Shown here piece by piece: positions 28,735 through 32,000 of a stretch of DNA of 32,000 nt. Below the pieces are notes generated by a model. That model made no database searches, was not told the DNA's origin, and was given only the letters and a program-made list of their open reading frames with translations. Positions within the stretch are counted from its first letter, which is position 1, and every line of letters begins with the position of its first letter. The stretch covers positions 19,099 to 51,098 of the forward strand of contig JAVVGB010000003.1 in NCBI GenBank assembly GCA_032249315.1, written 5' to 3'. Source of the DNA: Thermoproteota archaeon (lineage in GTDB: Archaea > Thermoproteota > Thermoprotei > Gearchaeales > Gearchaeaceae). The position numbers and the translations under genes are program-made.

Positions 28735-29796
28735 ATGAAAGAAAAAAATTATTTTAAGAAACCTGTTTTAGGCGTAAGTAAAAATTATGCCGAAGAAATA
28801 AGAAATTTTTTAAATAAATTGGATTTAATTGATAAACTTTATCATGTTTCAAGAAAAAATAATTATGTCTTTTTCCCTTTAAAAAAACCCTTATCAGAGA
28901 AAGAAATAAGTGATATCCGCAATATTACTAATGAGTTCATTTTAACCGAACAAGAAATGCTTGCCAGAGGAAAAATTTTTAAGATAAAAGAAGTTGTTAA
29001 CAAAATTAAAGAAAAAAAATTAATAAGTAAAGTTCCTTTCCGTTATTTGTCTCTCAATGGAATTGTTATAGCTGAAATTGAAGAGGAATTTGAAAAAGAT
29101 GCGATAGAATACTTTTTGTTGATTAAAAAAAATATTGAAGCTATCTATAAAATAGATAATCTTAATTTTATCTATAAAGGAGTAAAACCTCAATTAATTT
29201 TTGGGCAAGAGATTTCTGAGTATAAATTTAAGGAGAAAGATATAATCATGCAATTTAATTTTACACAATTTATTCCTGACCCTAGATTAATGTTATTTAT
29301 AAGAAAAATTTCAAATGAAATCACATTTGGCGAATTAATAGCCGAAATCGGTGCTACAACAGGTTATACTTCAATATTAATCGCAAAAAAATTTCAAAAT
29401 ACAGTTTATGCTTTTGAAGAAAATTTGTCCCTGTATTTTTATCTTTTGCAGAATATCAAGCTGAATAATGTAGAAAAATTTGTCTTCCCAGTTTATTTAA
29501 ATACTCTTAATTTTGAAATAAAATATTTAAACGGAAGATTTGACAGAATTATAATTTCCAAACCGCATAATTACTTAGAAATGCTTAACCTTGCATTACA
29601 ATTAATAAAAAATAAAGGAAAACTTTGTCTATTCGCAATATCAAAGGAAGAAGATTATCTTGATGTGAAAATAAATCTTGAAGAAAAATTACAACAGAAA
29701 GGTTGCTTTATACAACAAATCACTTTCAAAAAGGTTTTAAATTTATTTATTAACGAATATCTAGTTTATTCTGAACTAACTATTTTAAAGGAATGA
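28735..29796 (+). CDS. Trm5/Taw2-related class I SAM-dependent methyltransferase with divergent catalytic motifs
   Basis: Linker IYKGVKPQLIFGQEISEY; FNFTQFIPDPRLMLFIRKI upstream of Rossmann motif I AEIGATTGYTSILIAKKF; VYAFEENLSLYFYLLQNIKLNNV. Confidence 0.65.
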   Translation: MKEKNYFKKPVLGVSKNYAEEIRNFLNKLDLIDKLYHVSRKNNYVFFPLKKPLSEKEISDIRNITNEFILTEQEMLARGKIFKIKEVVNKIKEKKLISKVPFRYLSLNGIVIAEIEEEFEKDAIEYFLLIKKNIEAIYKIDNLNFIYKGVKPQLIFGQEISEYKFKEKDIIMQFNFTQFIPDPRLMLFIRKISNEITFGELIAEIGATTGYTSILIAKKFQNTVYAFEENLSLYFYLLQNIKLNNVEKFVFPVYLNTLNFEIKYLNGRFDRIIISKPHNYLEMLNLALQLIKNKGKLCLFAISKEEDYLDVKINLEEKLQQKGCFIQQITFKKVLNLFINEYLVYSELTILKE

Positions 29797-30385
29797 AAAT
29801 TTCATCAGTGGTCGCCGTATCTATTATTAACATATCTACCCCATCACCTGATAAAACGTCTCTTCCACAAGCTAATTTTATTGCTTTATATGCCAAATTC
29901 TTAGCTTCTTCATAAGTCATTTTTTCATCATATTCACCTTCTATTACACTTAAAGCTAGTTCTGAACCGCTGCCCAATGCTGTATATTTATCTTCAATTA
30001 AAGAACCAATAGGATCTAAGCTAAATAAATGCTTACCTTCTTTATCTATTCCGCCTATTATAGTTGATGTAAGAAAAGGAAAATATTTTCTGCTATATAA
30101 TATATTAGATAACAATTTAGCAGAAGTTCTAACCGAAGCTTGCCTTTTATTCTCAAGTTCATATAACTTTATATCCGCAGCTAAAATTTTAGCGATTGCT
30201 TGCATATCAGCTAAGATACCTGCACTCGCAATTCCTATTTTATCTAGAACTCTAAAAACTTTTTTACCAGTTTTACTTAAAAGATAATTTCCTATCGCTA
30301 CTCTTTTTTCTCCTGCCAGAATAACACCAGTTGAATATATAATTCCTACAACAGTCGCTCCCGTAAATTCAAATTCGTATGGCAT
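29780..30385 (-). CDS. psmB: 20S proteasome beta-type subunit, predicted non-catalytic (Ala at Thr1 position)
   Basis: EFTGATVVGIIYSTGVILAGEKRVAIGNYLLSKTGKKVFRV..; TALGSGSELALSVIE; aligns with canonical TG|TTTVGI start. Confidence 0.92.
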   Translation of the reverse strand: MPYEFEFTGATVVGIIYSTGVILAGEKRVAIGNYLLSKTGKKVFRVLDKIGIASAGILADMQAIAKILAADIKLYELENKRQASVRTSAKLLSNILYSRKYFPFLTSTIIGGIDKEGKHLFSLDPIGSLIEDKYTALGSGSELALSVIEGEYDEKMTYEEAKNLAYKAIKLACGRDVLSGDGVDMLIIDTATTDEIFIPLK

Positions 30386-30414
30386 AGATTAAAAATATTT
30401 GAGAAAATATTAAT

Positions 30415-31473
30415 TTATATTCCTTTACCTTCAATAATTATACGGGCTGGCTCGTGCAATTTTCCTTCAACAGTATAATTGACTTCTAAAATTTCTTTTA
30501 AAATATGTAAAGTTGTAAAAGCATGTAAAGTAAATTTATGTGTTTTGACAACAGTTTTCCCCTTGGCAATAGAAGCCCATATTAATATTTGATCTCCAGC
30601 AAACATATCCAAAGGAGCGTTAGTATTAAATATATTTTCCAACAATATTTGAGTAGGTTCTCGAGAAACTTTTTCCGCAGGTATTCCTTTTAAACCTATA
30701 CTGTCATATCCTATTATTGCATCAGTTATACTCTTGCTCATAATAAAAAAGAAGTTACCAATATTTCCTTTACTTTCTTCTAATCTTAATGATTTTTGAT
30801 TTACTTTAATTATTTTACTCGAAATATTATGAGAAGTTAAAATTCTTAAACACTCATTTATTTCTCTCATGACAACGTGTTCAGGCAAACCTTCTGAGTA
30901 AGCTTCACAATATACTTCTTTTATTTCACCAAATTTTTCATAGGTTAATGCGTTTAATTTTGAAGGTTCTAAATTTACTTCTAAGATCCCACCTCCCTTA
31001 GGATAAAAACCATGTTTTATTAAATTAACATCAACATGAAGACCCATTTTAGATAAATAATGTAATAAAACATTTTTAAAATAAGAAAACGTAGGAGATT
31101 TAGGTACTTCAGTACCTCCTATAAGACGAATAAAAATTGGTCTTTCTGCAAAATTTAAAACAGGAAGAAGAGCTTGCAAGACCAGAGTAACTGAACCAGC
31201 GGTTCCGATATTAAATTCATAATTTTTTGCTAAAATATTTCCAGGAATAAATGTTATTTCCTTCGACTCTATTTTTAATCCCTCCACTTTAGCGTTACAT
31301 ATTTCTGCAATAGCCTTAACAGCAGTAAGATGTTGAGGCCTTAAACCTGGTTTATCCCTTTTAGCTCTTATGTTATATATATGTATTGGTTTTCCAGTTA
31401 TTGCAGATAATGCAATTGCTGTTCGTAATATTTGACCTCCTCCTTCACCGAAACTTCCATCTATTTTTATCAT
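30415..31473 (-). CDS. rtcA: RNA 3'-terminal phosphate cyclase
   Basis: IDGSFGEGGGQILRTAIALSAITGKPIHIYNIRAKRDKPGLRPQHLTAVKA; GSVTLVLQALLP; FTLHAFTTLHIL. Confidence 0.96.
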   Translation of the reverse strand: MIKIDGSFGEGGGQILRTAIALSAITGKPIHIYNIRAKRDKPGLRPQHLTAVKAIAEICNAKVEGLKIESKEITFIPGNILAKNYEFNIGTAGSVTLVLQALLPVLNFAERPIFIRLIGGTEVPKSPTFSYFKNVLLHYLSKMGLHVDVNLIKHGFYPKGGGILEVNLEPSKLNALTYEKFGEIKEVYCEAYSEGLPEHVVMREINECLRILTSHNISSKIIKVNQKSLRLEESKGNIGNFFFIMSKSITDAIIGYDSIGLKGIPAEKVSREPTQILLENIFNTNAPLDMFAGDQILIWASIAKGKTVVKTHKFTLHAFTTLHILKEILEVNYTVEGKLHEPARIIIEGKGI

Positions 31474-32000
31474 GCTCTGCTAAGTTGAAGTCGATCATTA
31501 ACATTTGCTTTAAAAAAATTCCTAGCATCGCCTTGGTTAACAGCCAACTCGACTAAGTTGAAACTATTTATTAAAATAAGAGGGGAGCCTACACTTACTT
31601 CAGAGTATGTTCGAACAAAAGGCAATTTGTATTCAATATCATTGATGTTAACCTTTAATTGACTAACTGATGTTAGATTAGCTTTTATAAGATCATTTTT
31701 CGATATGTTGGTTATTAAATTCCCAAAATCATCTACGTATATAATTTTTCCTGAAACTGACTCATTAGTTATTGATGGTTTTTCTATTTCCAATTCTGAC
31801 ATAAAATTTATAAGCGTACCAAAAACATCTGGCCTAAAACCTATGTCTAACATGGCTGCAACCTTAGCAAATATATCCCTTCCATGAAAAGTCATTGAAA
31901 TATTATTAAATATTTTTGAAATTTCAATTCTGTAAATAGAATGTATTCCTTCATTTTTAGCAACGTAATAGAATAAGCCATTATCTGGACCTACGTAAAT
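31470..32000 (-). CDS. DUF62-family S-adenosyl-L-methionine hydrolase/hydroxide adenosyltransferase, C-terminal part; continues past window end
   Basis: Open frame continues upstream of the ORF-track start: IYVGPDNGLFYYVAKNEGIHSIYRIEISKIFNNISMTFHGRDIFAKVAA..; VDDFGNLITNI typical of DUF62. Confidence 0.88.
   Translation of the reverse strand: MYVGPDNGLFYYVAKNEGIHSIYRIEISKIFNNISMTFHGRDIFAKVAAMLDIGFRPDVFGTLINFMSELEIEKPSITNESVSGKIIYVDDFGNLITNISKNDLIKANLTSVSQLKVNINDIEYKLPFVRTYSEVSVGSPLILINSFNLVELAVNQGDARNFFKANVNDRLQLSRA

Noticed and set aside
30415-31473. RtcA as a possibly inactive paralog
   Set aside because: The N-terminal EGGGQILR motif and a C-terminal His in TLHAFTTLHIL at the expected catalytic position appear intact.
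31470-31895. DUF62 gene as an N-terminally truncated protein
   Set aside because: The open frame continues to the window edge with matching family residues (IYVGPDNGLF), so the apparent truncation is only the window boundary and an internal Met.
1-32000. CRISPR arrays, transposases, integrases, phage or defence genes
   Set aside because: No regularly spaced repeats, inverted-repeat-bounded ORFs or recognisable mobile/defence proteins; nearly all sequence is accounted for by conserved housekeeping genes.

Overview
This window is an AT-rich archaeal chromosome segment, probably TACK/Thermoproteota-like: split RpoA'/A'', unsplit RpoB, L14e/L34e/L30e/S4e. It is almost entirely one giant information-processing supercluster on the minus strand: rpoH-rpoB-rpoA1-rpoA2-L30e-nusA-S12-S7-aEF1A-S10-[tRNA-Ser(UGA)]-speD-[SPOUT protein]-L3-L4-L23-L2-S19-L22-S3-L29-rnp1-S17-L14-L24-S4e-L5-S14-S8-L6-L32e-L19e-L18-S5-L30-L15-secY-DUF106-L34e-cmk-L14e-cbf5-S13. 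At the right end are tRNA-Lys(UUU), a degenerate Trm5-like methyltransferase, a proteasome beta subunit, RtcA and a DUF62 protein. I see no mobile element, CRISPR array or defence system. The best observations are: (1) a 14-nt archaeal intron in cbf5 that repairs the frame exactly (GTLD|PAVSG) and has a relaxed bulge-helix motif; (2) a 12-nt insert between positions 8 and 9 of tRNA-Ser(UGA) that can form the same kind of motif (CGGG/CCCG central helix, AA|A bulge), beside a duplicated 5' acceptor strand; (3) a proteasome beta subunit whose catalytic Thr1 position is Ala; (4) a 384-bp non-coding gap with nested helices that may hold a structured RNA; (5) a Trm5-like gene starting 5 nt after a tRNA, with altered catalytic motifs. 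The ORF track misses S13 (GTG start), S14 and the spliced cbf5.
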